Of a stretch of 64,000 bases of DNA, positions 17,276 through 26,767 are shown in pieces (within the stretch, counting starts at the first letter, position 1; each line of letters opens with the position of its first letter). This DNA is from Clostridia bacterium (GTDB lineage Bacteria; Bacillota; Clostridia; Christensenellales; CAG-917), in NCBI GenBank assembly GCA_017461985.1, contig JAFTSA010000004.1, positions 198,053 to 262,052 on the forward strand. The letters run 5' to 3'. The notes below the pieces were generated by a model. The model did no database searches. It saw only the letters and a program-made list of their open reading frames with translations, and was not told the DNA's origin. The translations under genes were made by a program, and so were the position numbers.

Positions 17276-17395
17276 TATGCTAAAATTCAAATAATAACTT
17301 TTTTCACGTCAAGCAGAAGAAAAAAAAGCGGTTTTTGCATTTTTTTGTCAAAGGTTGGCGGGCAAAATCATATAGTGTAAAACATTGGGGGTTGT

Positions 17396-18091
17396 ATGGC
17401 CATAGAGTCTTTGTTTGCACTGTTGAAAAACCTGTTTATCTATTCCTCTTACGTCAGTGAAAAAAGTTCATTTCCAATGCCTTTGTCAAAGGAGAAAGAG
17501 AAGTTTTATCTAGACAAGGCGGAGAGCGGAGACAAAGAGGCAAAAGACATACTCATCAAGCATAATCTGCGTCTTGTTGCCCACGTTGCAAAGAAATATG
17601 CCAACTACGGTGACAACGATGAGTTGATTTCAGTGGGGTCAATAGGGCTTATAAAGGCGGTGTCCACTTATAATCAAGGAAAAGGCACGGGCCTTGCCAC
17701 CTATGCATCAAGATGCATAGAAAATGAAATACTTATGATGCTTCGAGCATCAAAAAAGCATAAAAACAACGTGTCCCTCAGTGAGCCAATCGGCGTTGAT
17801 AAAGAGGGAAACGAGTTGACTGTCATTGATATGATTGCCGATGACAAAGACGTCATTGACGACGTTGAAAGGGACATTTTGATGGAGCGTCTTGTTGAGG
17901 TGACAAAGGAGTGCCTTGACAAAAGGGAGTACGACATCATCAAACACAGGTATGGTCTTGACGGCAACGGTGCATTGACCCAACGTGAAGTGGCAAATAT
18001 GTTTGGCATATCACGGAGTTATATCAGCAGAATAGAAAAGAAAGCTCTTGAAAAAATACGAGAACACGTAAGCAGAGAAGACCTTTGCTGA
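17396..18091 (+). CDS. sigK: Sporulation sigma factor K (pro-sigmaK), uninterrupted
   Basis: SYVSEKSSFPMPLSKEKE pro-sequence junction, IKHNLRLVAHVAKKY and ATYASRCIENEILMMLRA. Continuous 231 aa ORF with no skin-like insertion. CATATAGT (mother-cell-type -10) lies ~20 nt upstream. Confidence 0.85.
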   Translation: MAIESLFALLKNLFIYSSYVSEKSSFPMPLSKEKEKFYLDKAESGDKEAKDILIKHNLRLVAHVAKKYANYGDNDELISVGSIGLIKAVSTYNQGKGTGLATYASRCIENEILMMLRASKKHKNNVSLSEPIGVDKEGNELTVIDMIADDKDVIDDVERDILMERLVEVTKECLDKREYDIIKHRYGLDGNGALTQREVANMFGISRSYISRIEKKALEKIREHVSREDLC

Positions 18092-18220
18092 GGATAACAT
18101 AGGAGTAGATTTTTTTTGATTTTATCAAAAGAAATCAAGGAAGTCCTTGACAAAAAGCAGTTTCCGTGATAAAGTCGCATAGGTTTGAAAAAATACGTGA
18201 ATAAAACACGCGAGGTAATT

Positions 18221-19615
18221 ATGAGAAAATATGACGTTTGTATAGTTGGAGCAGGCCCTTCTGGCATTTTCACCGCCATCGAGCTTATTCGTCTTGGCAG
18301 CAAGAAGAAAATTGTCATCATTGAAAAGGGTCAACCCGTTGAAAAGAGAAGATGCCCCAAAGACAAAACAGGCAAATGCGTACAATGCAAGCCCTATTGC
18401 CACATCACAACCGGCTTTTCAGGAGCAGGTGCATTTTCTGATGGCAAATTGTCACTTTCTCAAGAAGTAGGCGGTGCACTTCCTGAACTTATCGGCAGAG
18501 ATTTTGCACAAGAACTTATCAAGTATGCCGACAATATCTATCTTGAATTTGGCGCAGATGAGCATATCGAAGGCCTTGGCAACGAAGAAAAGGTGAAGGA
18601 AATCCGTAAAAAGGCTATCAAAGCAGGTTTGAAACTTGTGGATTGCCCCATCCGTCATATGGGCACTGAAAAGGCACAACAAATCTACTACGGTCTTGAA
18701 CAATATCTCCTCAACAACGGTGTTGATATGTTCTTCGGCGCAGAATGCGACAACATTATCCTTGAAGACGACGTATGCAAGGGCGCATACGTGACAATCA
18801 ACGGCGTAAGAGAAGAAATCTACGCAGAAAAAACCATCATCGCAACAGGCAGACGTGGGGCAGAATGGCTTGAAAAGATGTGTGCAGAGCACAATATCGC
18901 CCACGCACCCGGCGTTGTTGACATCGGCGTCAGAGTTGAAGTCCGCAACGAAATTATGGAAGAAATCAATGAAGTGCTTTATGAAAGCAAACTCATCGGT
19001 TATCCTGCACCCTTCAAAAACAAGGTCCGTATTTTCTGCCAAAACCCCGGCGGATTTGTATCACAAGAAAACTACGACAACGACCTTGCTGTTGTCAACG
19101 GACACAGCTATAAGGAACTTAAGAGCCAAAACACCAACCTTGCAATTCTTTGCTCACACTCATTCACCGAGCCCTTCAAGCAACCTATTGAATATGCAAT
19201 TAAGATTGGTGAATTGACAAATATGCTTGGCGCAGGCAAGATTTTGGTGCAAAGATATGGTGACATCCTTGCAGGAAAGCGCACTTGGCCCAAAGAACTT
19301 GACTTTTCAAACGTCAGACCTACGCTGAAAGATGCAGTGGCCGGAGACATCACCGCAGCACTTCCTTATCGCAGTCTTACAAACATTCTTGGATTTATCC
19401 AAGCAGTTGACCAAGTTGTCCCCGGTTTTGCAGGATATGAAACATTGCTGTATTCACCTGAGTTGAAATTCTATTCAAACCGCATCAAGATGGACGCATC
19501 ATTGAACACCTCAATTAACGGACTCCATTGCCTTGGTGACTCAAGTGGTTGGACAAGAGGCCTTATGATGGCATCAATCATGGGTGTTTTGATGGCAAGA
19601 CAACTTGAAAAGTAA
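18221..19615 (+). CDS. FAD-dependent protein (COG2509-like uncharacterised dehydrogenase)
   Basis: YDVCIVGAGPSGIF dinucleotide-binding motif. GAGGT lies upstream of the ATG at 18221. Confidence 0.75.
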   Translation: MRKYDVCIVGAGPSGIFTAIELIRLGSKKKIVIIEKGQPVEKRRCPKDKTGKCVQCKPYCHITTGFSGAGAFSDGKLSLSQEVGGALPELIGRDFAQELIKYADNIYLEFGADEHIEGLGNEEKVKEIRKKAIKAGLKLVDCPIRHMGTEKAQQIYYGLEQYLLNNGVDMFFGAECDNIILEDDVCKGAYVTINGVREEIYAEKTIIATGRRGAEWLEKMCAEHNIAHAPGVVDIGVRVEVRNEIMEEINEVLYESKLIGYPAPFKNKVRIFCQNPGGFVSQENYDNDLAVVNGHSYKELKSQNTNLAILCSHSFTEPFKQPIEYAIKIGELTNMLGAGKILVQRYGDILAGKRTWPKELDFSNVRPTLKDAVAGDITAALPYRSLTNILGFIQAVDQVVPGFAGYETLLYSPELKFYSNRIKMDASLNTSINGLHCLGDSSGWTRGLMMASIMGVLMARQLEK

Positions 19616-19630
19616 AATTTCAAAGCATAT

Positions 19631-19660
19631 AGCCCACCGCAAAACGCGGTGGGTTTTTTA
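19631..19660 (+). terminator. Intrinsic terminator
   Basis: CCCACCGC/GCGGTGGG stem followed by T6. Confidence 0.85.
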
Positions 19661-19676
19661 TTGCCAAAAATTGTTT

Positions 19677-19705
19677 TCATAATATGAATATATAGCCTCA
19701 TACTA
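19677..19705 (+). promoter_or_regulatory. Forespore-type (sigmaG/sigmaF-like) promoter candidate for spoIVB
   Basis: TCATA-17 nt-CATACTA. The -10 ends 5 nt before the ATG at 19711 and there is no SD. Confidence 0.35.
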
Positions 19706-19710
19706 ACTTT

Positions 19711-20766
19711 ATGAAAAAAAGACGAGCGGTATTTTGTTTTGCAATTTTATTTATGATTTTAATGCTTGCTTTCACCATATTGAGCGGAGAAAGTAGTGTA
19801 GCACAGGCTCAAGGAGATTACGTTTATCTCGGCGGTTATCCCATAGGGATAAGTGCAACGGAGGAAGGATTGATTGTGGTTGACGTTGTTGCAGTCCAAA
19901 CGGAAAATGGAGAGGTTTTTCCTCTTCAAAATGCTGGTGTCACAAAGGGCGATATTTTGCTTTCACTAAATGGTGAGAAATTGACAAACGTATATCAACT
20001 GAAAAAACTTCTTTGTGACAGCGAAGGTGACGTAGATTTGTCAGTAAAGCATAAAAGCGGAGTGGTCTGCAGATATAGCGTGTGTCCTGCGATTTGTCTT
20101 TCAAAGGAAAGGAAATTGGGTGTCATCGTCAAAGAAGATGTCAGTGGCATCGGCACTATGACTTTTGTCACTCTAGACAAAAGATTCGCAGCCCTCGGTC
20201 ATCATATCCACGATGGTGAAAGTGGGCTTTGTAACAGCCTTGACAGCGGAAAAATCTACTGCACTGAAATTGATGGAGTGATAAGAGGGGAAAGTGGCAA
20301 AGCGGGAGGTCTTGTTGCCTCTTTAAATAAACTTACAACCCCTATCGGGGAAATTCAATCAAACACCAACATCGGCATTTATGGACGATTTGACGGCAAA
20401 ATAAGAGGAAATCTCGTGAGAGTTGCAAAAAGAGGGGAAGCCACAATGGGAAAAGCCCAAATATACACCACTGTTGAAGGGGAAAATCCTGCATTTTATG
20501 ATATTGAAATAGTAAAAATCGTTGACCAAGACAGCCCAAAAGAAAAGGGACTTGTCATCGTTGTAAGAGATGAAAGATTGATTGCAAAAACCGGTGGAAT
20601 TGTGCAGGGGATGAGTGGCAGTCCTATCATACAAAACGGCTTGCTTGTGGGGGCAGTCACCCACGTTTTTGTAGGCGATGCCACAAGGGGCTATGGCGTC
20701 CATTCTAGGTTTATGTATTCAACCTCGTATATGCCAAATTTGGAAGAAGAAAGGGCAGCTGCATAA
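19711..20766 (+). CDS. spoIVB: SpoIVB signalling serine peptidase (S55)
   Basis: N-terminal TM segment, PDZ-like region (GDILLSLNGEKL) and catalytic GMSGSPI with a downstream H. Confidence 0.85.
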   Translation: MKKRRAVFCFAILFMILMLAFTILSGESSVAQAQGDYVYLGGYPIGISATEEGLIVVDVVAVQTENGEVFPLQNAGVTKGDILLSLNGEKLTNVYQLKKLLCDSEGDVDLSVKHKSGVVCRYSVCPAICLSKERKLGVIVKEDVSGIGTMTFVTLDKRFAALGHHIHDGESGLCNSLDSGKIYCTEIDGVIRGESGKAGGLVASLNKLTTPIGEIQSNTNIGIYGRFDGKIRGNLVRVAKRGEATMGKAQIYTTVEGENPAFYDIEIVKIVDQDSPKEKGLVIVVRDERLIAKTGGIVQGMSGSPIIQNGLLVGAVTHVFVGDATRGYGVHSRFMYSTSYMPNLEEERAAA

Positions 20767-20843
20767 GAATAAATATGGCAAGAATCTAAACGGATTATTA
20801 TTTGAAATTCTGCAACAAATTTTGAAAAACCGCTATTCTAATC

Positions 20844-21188
20844 CTATATTTTCATTGCAAGACGCTCTAATGCGGTGAGCAAAAACTGCTTGTTTGTAGG
20901 CTTGCCTTTGTCCTCGTCAAGGGTTTCGCCAAATTCACGATAAAGTGTGTCAACGTTGCCCCTTAACCAAGCGGAAGATATGGCGTTTTGTATGTCCTTT
21001 TCAACACTTGCCACACTCACTCCAAACTTTTTTGATAGGTCAATATAACCGTAATATTTCAGCGGCATAATTTTCTCTCCATTTCGTGCTTTTTCAATGA
21101 GATAGGCAAGAAGATGATAGCCTTTTAGGTTTGGTTGAAAGCCCAGTTCAAGAAGATATTTTTTAATTTTCAGTTCGTCTTTTTCCAT
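20844..21188 (-). CDS. Stand-alone Spo0A C-terminal (DNA-binding) domain protein, no receiver domain
   Basis: LKGYHLLAYLI...VASVEKDIQNAISSAWLRGNVDTLYREFG...KPTNKQFLL aligns by eye to Bacillus Spo0A KGYLYLREAI...[29 protein letters not shown]...KPTNSEFIA. Only ~114 aa. Confidence 0.8.
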   Translation of the reverse strand: MEKDELKIKKYLLELGFQPNLKGYHLLAYLIEKARNGEKIMPLKYYGYIDLSKKFGVSVASVEKDIQNAISSAWLRGNVDTLYREFGETLDEDKGKPTNKQFLLTALERLAMKI

Positions 21189-21268
21189 AGGCAAATCATA
21201 TCATCTTTTTTTTCGGTAAAAAGAAGAATTTTTGTCATAACCGATAGGAAAAACAAGTATTATTTGGT

Positions 21269-21853
21269 ATGAATGTCCGCATGAAATCTGCAGTTTTCGT
21301 GATAAAAGACTTCCTATCCGCCTACAAAAAGACGGTGATATGCTTTTCGGTGCTGTTTGTTGTTGGAATCATAGTGGGGATAGTGTCTGCAGTAAATTCC
21401 GTGGGTGGTGTTTTTGAAAAACTTTCTCGCAACGATATGACTTTCGGTGCGGTGAAAGTGTTTTTCTTTTCTTCACTTTTTGTGGTGGCGGGCTATGGAG
21501 TTGTTGTGGTTTCTGCCTGCATTCGAGGAATGTCCTTTATTGCTGTTGTGCCTTTTGCCGTTTTAGGGTTTATGACAGGAAACTATCTGTGTGTTCTTGT
21601 AGGTGTCTATGGTGGTGTAGGCATTATGAATTTGATTTTTGTGTATACGCCCTTTTTCCTCACCACATTTTTGTGCTTGATGATAGGTGGCAGTATTGCA
21701 TTGGGGCACTCATGCAAGTGCGATTCAAAAGACAAACTATTGAAACCGTCCGTTGCGGTTTTGCTTAAAGCACTATGCGTCAACATAATTGTCAGTGCAG
21801 TGATATTTTTGCTTATTGGGGCGGTCACAAAGGTGGTTGTCATCGGCGGTTGA
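21269..21853 (+). CDS. Polytopic membrane protein, SpoIIM-like topology (tentative)
   Basis: 194 aa with ~5 TM segments; the N-terminal pattern resembles SpoIIM/DUF95. Assignment is weak. Confidence 0.4.
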   Translation: MNVRMKSAVFVIKDFLSAYKKTVICFSVLFVVGIIVGIVSAVNSVGGVFEKLSRNDMTFGAVKVFFFSSLFVVAGYGVVVVSACIRGMSFIAVVPFAVLGFMTGNYLCVLVGVYGGVGIMNLIFVYTPFFLTTFLCLMIGGSIALGHSCKCDSKDKLLKPSVAVLLKALCVNIIVSAVIFLLIGAVTKVVVIGG

Positions 21854-21895
21854 ATAATATGTTTTTCCTTGCACACAATAGGTTTGAGGTGCAAT

Positions 21896-23119
21896 ATGAA
21901 AACATCAATTTTTCTATTTAATCATCAAAATCAAAATGAAAAATCGTTGAAAAATAGGCTTGCAAAAATTGTTGGTTTTGCAGTGATTTTTCTATTTTCA
22001 TTGACAATATTATCAACTCTTTTACCTTTAGGTAAAAACGTAGCCTTCGCCGACGAAATTAAGGTGAACGGCAAGGCGGTATATTTGGTTGACAGCGCAA
22101 CGGGGACAGAGATGTACTCATCTCGTTCAGACGATAGGTTGCCCATTGCAAGCATGGTGAAGATTATGACCACTTTGCTTGCTCTTGAAAGCGTTGACAG
22201 AGGTGAGATTTCCCTTGACGAAATGGTGCCTGTCAGTGACGTTGCTGCCAGTATGGGCGGATCACAAGTTTTCCTTGACAGCGGAAAAGAATATAAGGCA
22301 GGCGAACTTATTAAGTCTATCATTGTTGCAAGTGCAAACGACAGTTGTGTGGCTATGGCAGAGAGATTGTCTGGCAGTGTTGAAGGATTCGTAAAGGACA
22401 TGAACGAAAGAGCAAAGGCCCTTGGGATGAACAACACAAATTTTGTCAACTGCACAGGACTTCCTGTCCCTGAAAGTTATTCCAGCGCAAAAGACGTATC
22501 AATTATGTTCTGTGAACTTATCAAGCACCCAAAATATTTTGAATATGCAGGAATTTGGCTTGAAGATTTCGTTCACCCTGATGGAAGAACAACCTCTATG
22601 ACAAACACAAACAAACTTGTGCGATTCTACAATGGTTGCGATGGCGGAAAAACTGGATTCACCAGTGAAGCAAAATTTTGTTTGTCAGCAACCGCAGAAA
22701 GAAACGGGCTCCGCGTTGTGGCGGTTGTCATAGGTGCAGACAGCTCAAAGGAAAGATTTGCCTCAGTCAGCAATTTGTTTGGATACGCTTTTTCAAACTA
22801 CTCAGCAAAGGTCATACAATCCAAAGACGACTGCATTGAAAACTCTATAAGAGTTTTAGGTGGCAGAGAAAAGGGAATTTCAGTTGCAGTCAAAGATGAT
22901 TTCAAGGCTCTTGTCAAAAAAGGTGATGACGGTGAATATAAGGTGCACTTCAATCTGCCGGCAACAGTAAAAGCGCCCATCGTAAGAGGCGGTGAGGTTG
23001 GCAAAGCATACCTTACAAGAAATGGTGAAGTGATTGGGGAATGCCCAGTTGTCAGCGTGGTTGACGTTGAAAAGGCAAGGTATAGTGACACCCTCAAGCA
23101 TATATGTGACGAGTGGTAA
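21896..23119 (+). CDS. D-alanyl-D-alanine carboxypeptidase (S11, PBP5/DacB/DacF type)
   Basis: SMVK (SxxK), SANDS (SxN) and KTGFT (KTG) motifs plus a C-terminal beta domain. GAGGTG lies upstream of the ATG at 21896. Confidence 0.9.
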   Translation: MKTSIFLFNHQNQNEKSLKNRLAKIVGFAVIFLFSLTILSTLLPLGKNVAFADEIKVNGKAVYLVDSATGTEMYSSRSDDRLPIASMVKIMTTLLALESVDRGEISLDEMVPVSDVAASMGGSQVFLDSGKEYKAGELIKSIIVASANDSCVAMAERLSGSVEGFVKDMNERAKALGMNNTNFVNCTGLPVPESYSSAKDVSIMFCELIKHPKYFEYAGIWLEDFVHPDGRTTSMTNTNKLVRFYNGCDGGKTGFTSEAKFCLSATAERNGLRVVAVVIGADSSKERFASVSNLFGYAFSNYSAKVIQSKDDCIENSIRVLGGREKGISVAVKDDFKALVKKGDDGEYKVHFNLPATVKAPIVRGGEVGKAYLTRNGEVIGECPVVSVVDVEKARYSDTLKHICDEW

Positions 23120-23137
23120 AACAAAACACAATCTTGG

Positions 23138-23172
23138 TCGCTCAAAGGTAAAAACCTTTGGGCGATTTTTTA
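23138..23172 (+). terminator. Intrinsic terminator
   Basis: TCGCTCAAAGGT/ACCTTTGGGCGA stem followed by T6. Confidence 0.8.
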
Positions 23173-23174
23173 TT

Positions 23175-23203
23175 TTGACTTTGCAGACTTTTTATGATAA
23201 AAT
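23175..23203 (+). promoter_or_regulatory. sigmaA promoter of lysA (TTGACT-17-TAAAAT with TGn extension)
   Basis: TTGACT at 23175-23180; TGA at 23195-23197; TAAAAT at 23198-23203. Confidence 0.6.
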
Positions 23204-23208
23204 AACTG

Positions 23209-23246
23209 ATGTATGTGCAAACGCATACACGCGCACACCTCGTGCG
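23209..23246. repeat. GC-rich alternating purine/pyrimidine element (lysA 5' UTR)
   Basis: ATGTATGTGCA, then ACGCATACACGCGCACAC (18 nt of perfect alternation), then CGTGCG. Contains a CGCAC/GTGCG stem. Confidence 0.7.
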
Positions 23247-23271
23247 ATAGCAATTTCACCTAGGAAAAGAT

Positions 23272-24576
23272 ATGAATTCAAGAGAAACTCTGTTTGTTGC
23301 AGACGGAAAATTGAATATTGGCAACTTTGAAGCATCAGCCCTTGCAAGAAAGTATGGCACACCTCTTTACGTTATGGATGGTGACCATATTGAAAATCTT
23401 TGCAAAAAAATGATTGATGCCGTCGCAGCCTATGGCGATGGCGCAGTGGCATATGCAAGCAAAGCATTTGCAACAAAAGCAACAACCCGTCTCATGGACA
23501 AAGTGGGTATGTGGTTTGATGCAGTATCTGGCGGAGAACTTCATTTGTTGCTCACCTCAGGTGTCAATCCCAAGCATATCATTTTCCACGGAAATGCAAA
23601 GACGGAAAGAGAAATCCGTGAAGGCGTCAGCGCAGACGTTGGATATTTTGTCATCGACAGCATAAGCGAGATTGATAGACTGGATGCCGAAGCAGGTCGT
23701 CAAGGCAAAAAACAAGAGGTGCTTGTCCGCATCAATCCTCTTGTATCTGCTCACACTTATTTCGCCGTGCAAACTGCCGCTCCCAACTCAAAATTTGGTT
23801 TCGACATTGAAAAAGATGCCCTTGATTATGTCAAAGACATAAATTCAAGAAAGAATCTTGTTTTCAAGGGATTGCATATCCACATTGGCTCACAAATCTA
23901 CGGCCACAGTTCTTATGACGTGGCAGTGGACAAAATGGTGGATTTCATCGTGAAACTTGGTGAAGTCGGCATAAATTGTCACACCTTAGATTTAGGCGGT
24001 GGATATGGTGTTTATTACACCGATGAAGACCCTAAGTTTACCCCCGAATCCACGGCAAATATTGTGAAAAACATACTGGCACGCCTTGCGGTCAAGGTGG
24101 CAGAAAAAGGACTAGGGAAACCTTTTGTCATCGTTGAGCCGGGCAGAAGTATTGTTGGTGAAGCAGGAATCACACTTTACACAGTCAATGCAATCAAAGA
24201 TTTTGGTGTGAAAAAATACGTGGCAATTGACGGCGGTATGTTTGAAAATCCTCGTCACGCACTATATGACTCACAATACAGCGCAATTGTGTGTGACAAG
24301 GCTGACGAGCCTATGACAGAGAAAGTCACTTTGGCAGGCAAGTGCTGTGAAAGTGGTGACATAATTGCTGAAGACGTACCTCTGCAAAAAGCTGAAGTCG
24401 GCGACGTGGTTGCAGTGTTTACGACAGGAGCATACAACTACTCAATGTCATCAAATTACAACTTGAATGCGGTGCCTCCAGTGGTGATGGTGAAGGTCGA
24501 TAAAGCAGACCTCATCGTGAAGGGACAAACCTACGAAGATATTTTGAGGAACAACGTTGTTCCTGAGTGGATATAA
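23272..24576 (+). CDS. lysA: Diaminopimelate decarboxylase
   Basis: Alanine-racemase-fold PLP decarboxylase sequence (AYASKAF, HIHIGSQ, EPGRSIVG, CESGD). Confidence 0.9.
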   Translation: MNSRETLFVADGKLNIGNFEASALARKYGTPLYVMDGDHIENLCKKMIDAVAAYGDGAVAYASKAFATKATTRLMDKVGMWFDAVSGGELHLLLTSGVNPKHIIFHGNAKTEREIREGVSADVGYFVIDSISEIDRLDAEAGRQGKKQEVLVRINPLVSAHTYFAVQTAAPNSKFGFDIEKDALDYVKDINSRKNLVFKGLHIHIGSQIYGHSSYDVAVDKMVDFIVKLGEVGINCHTLDLGGGYGVYYTDEDPKFTPESTANIVKNILARLAVKVAEKGLGKPFVIVEPGRSIVGEAGITLYTVNAIKDFGVKKYVAIDGGMFENPRHALYDSQYSAIVCDKADEPMTEKVTLAGKCCESGDIIAEDVPLQKAEVGDVVAVFTTGAYNYSMSSNYNLNAVPPVVMVKVDKADLIVKGQTYEDILRNNVVPEWI

Positions 24577-25490
24577 TGGACAATCTTGAAAACCAAATCA
24601 CAAGTGATTTGTCTGTGATAGAAAACGCAGAAATCACAACAGAAGTTGAAACACCTGAACAAAAGCCTCAGGTGATTTTGCCTAGTGAAAATCCTGCAAC
24701 CGATGCGGAATTTTTTACTGTGCACTCAACCGTTGTCTATCATATCAGTGATTTTGACGGCCCCATTGACCTCCTTCTTGAACTTGTCAAAAGTGCAAAA
24801 ATCCGCATTGAGGACATCTTCATCAGTGAGGTGACAAAGCAATACGTTGAAATCATCAAGGCCACCCCTCGAGAGGAATTGGACTATGAATACGCAGGGG
24901 AGTTTATCACCTTTGCCGCAGAACTTGTCTATCTCAAATCCCTTCGCACTCTTCCTAAGGAAGATGAGGACGAAGATGATGGTGTCATAGACGAAAGAGA
25001 AGCCTTCATCAACAAGATTAAGGAATATGCACTTCTTAAAGAGCAAGCGGAAAAGATGCGCGATATGGAAACCATCAACCGCTTTGTGAGAGAGCCCGTA
25101 TATTCAGACAAGGACTACCGCGTCTGTTTGACCAACTTCTCACTGCCAAAGCTTGTAGAAGCCTTTGCAAGAGTGCTTGCTAACTCAGAAAGAGCAGTCC
25201 GTGACGCAATCCCTAAAAAGGTTGTCAAAGATAGATTCTCAGTGCACGAGCAAATGACACACATACGTGAACTCATCTATTATCACGGCTCATTTGATTT
25301 CGAGTTCTTATTTGAGCCTGATTTTGACAGAGGGGACATAGTCATCACCTTCCTTGCCGTCCTCGAACTTATGAAGTACGGCATCATCAAAGCAGAGCAA
25401 GAAGAGGCATTTGGAAAGATCATCCTCTACAAAGTAGAGGGCAACGAAGAAACAGCAATTCAGGAGAGCGCAGATGGAGAATATAAGTAA
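24576..25490 (+). CDS. scpA: Segregation and condensation protein A
   Basis: FDGPIDLLLELVKSAKIRIEDIFISEVTKQY. TAATG overlap with lysA. Has a ~50 aa acidic N-terminal extension. Confidence 0.85.
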   Translation: MDNLENQITSDLSVIENAEITTEVETPEQKPQVILPSENPATDAEFFTVHSTVVYHISDFDGPIDLLLELVKSAKIRIEDIFISEVTKQYVEIIKATPREELDYEYAGEFITFAAELVYLKSLRTLPKEDEDEDDGVIDEREAFINKIKEYALLKEQAEKMRDMETINRFVREPVYSDKDYRVCLTNFSLPKLVEAFARVLANSERAVRDAIPKKVVKDRFSVHEQMTHIRELIYYHGSFDFEFLFEPDFDRGDIVITFLAVLELMKYGIIKAEQEEAFGKIILYKVEGNEETAIQESADGEYK

Positions 25491-26157
25491 AGTTGTTGAG
25501 GCCATAATTTTTTCAAGCGGTCAACCTATTCAAAAGAAGGACCTTTGTGAAAAAATCCCCGAACTCACCACCCAAGAACTGAACAAAATCGTCAAAGAAC
25601 TGCAAAAGAAATACAGCGATGAAAGTGGAGTTTTGCTTGTTGAATTCAACGGCAAGCTTCAATTTACATCAAATCCTCGTTATGGTGACACCGTGGCAGA
25701 CGTGCTCACTCCTTTGAAGGAAAAATCCCTGACCAAAACCCTCCTTGAAGTTCTTTCCACAATCGCCTACAAGCAACCTATAACCAAACTTGAAATCGAA
25801 GATATGCGTGGGGGCGTCAACAGTGAATACGCCATCACAGGGCTTCTCAAGGCCGGTCTTATTGAGGCAGTGGGCAGAAAGAAAGCAGTGGGCAATCCTA
25901 TCCTTTACGGCACAACAGACGAATTCTTGAAGAAATTTGAGATTTCATCCCTTGAAGAATTGCCTGACCTTGTTGAAGTTATGGAAAAAATCCAACTCAT
26001 CTATGCACCCACACAAGAAACCTTGTTTTCAACAAGAACAATCATCGGCGACAACGGAGAAGAGATTGTTGAAGAAGTTGCAGCAGAGGTCGAAGAAGAC
26101 ATCGAGGACGAACTTCCCGACTTCCTCGAAGGCGAAGACTTCAAAGTGTTTGAATAA
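25474..26157 (+). CDS. scpB: Segregation and condensation protein B
   Basis: VEAIIFSSGQPI and winged-helix repeats, with an acidic tail; follows scpA. Confidence 0.85.
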   Translation: MENISKVVEAIIFSSGQPIQKKDLCEKIPELTTQELNKIVKELQKKYSDESGVLLVEFNGKLQFTSNPRYGDTVADVLTPLKEKSLTKTLLEVLSTIAYKQPITKLEIEDMRGGVNSEYAITGLLKAGLIEAVGRKKAVGNPILYGTTDEFLKKFEISSLEELPDLVEVMEKIQLIYAPTQETLFSTRTIIGDNGEEIVEEVAAEVEEDIEDELPDFLEGEDFKVFE

Positions 26158-26175
26158 AAACTTTACAGCAATAAG

Positions 26176-26202
26176 ACAGCACCCATGCGGTGCTGTTTTT
26201 TA
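26176..26202 (+). terminator. Intrinsic terminator after scpB
   Basis: ACAGCACC/GGTGCTGT stem followed by T6. Confidence 0.8.
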
Positions 26203-26242
26203 TTATTTGAATATTTTGTGCCCAATTTCACACCCTAACAAT

Positions 26243-26767
26243 ATGGCAATTCTCTTGTCTTTTCTAGGTGTTGAAATTCTAATATTTTTGCTTGTATTGC
26301 CTCACCATATAGCACTAAAAATACACGTTTCTCTTGACAGAAATAAGTGCTTGATTGTGCTGAAATTGTGGGGTGTAAAGATTGTAAAAATCAAGATAGA
26401 AAAGCAAAAATACCGATTTAGAATACTGATAAATGACAGAATTATCAAACTCGACACCGAAAGAAAAGCAAGAGGAATTGCCTCGAAAATTAACGTGATT
26501 GACAGCAGTGTTTTGTCGCTTGTGAGTGAAGCCAAAGTTGCAGGACTTATTGGCGGAAGTGATGCGCTAAATGCTGGATGCAATTGCGGACTGGTTAAAA
26601 CTTTGACCGCACATATTCCCAAAGTCAATCTAGACCACATTTATCCAAGATTTGACAAGGATTGTTTTGTTTTGGATATCGACGTAAAAATCAAAGTTTC
26701 AATCATAGATATAGTTGAAATGGTGACAGTGTATGGAATTAAACGAAATATTGAAACAAACCATTGA
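26243..26767 (+). CDS. YtfI-like (DUF2953-type) sporulation-associated membrane protein
   Basis: Starts at MAILLSFLGVEILIFLL. Position immediately upstream of ytfJ/gerW, as in other sporeformers. Confidence 0.6.
   Translation: MAILLSFLGVEILIFLLVLPHHIALKIHVSLDRNKCLIVLKLWGVKIVKIKIEKQKYRFRILINDRIIKLDTERKARGIASKINVIDSSVLSLVSEAKVAGLIGGSDALNAGCNCGLVKTLTAHIPKVNLDHIYPRFDKDCFVLDIDVKIKVSIIDIVEMVTVYGIKRNIETNH

Noticed and set aside
23173-23271. A lysine (L-box) riboswitch upstream of lysA.
   Set aside because: The leader is only ~65 nt from the predicted -10 to the ATG, far shorter than an L-box (~180 nt), and no conserved L-box helices are visible.
25937-26242. Upstream extensions of ORF-track entries: 25937 for the YtfI-like gene, 30697 for cmk, 58300 for miaB, 11226 for ftsA, 35213 for rnhA, 40341 for spoIIAA, 944 for mraZ, 5000 for murE, 28894 for surE, and 21869 for dac.
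   Set aside because: The extensions overlap upstream genes, terminators, promoters or the R/Y elements. Conserved N-termini and SD sequences point to the internal starts used in the feature table.
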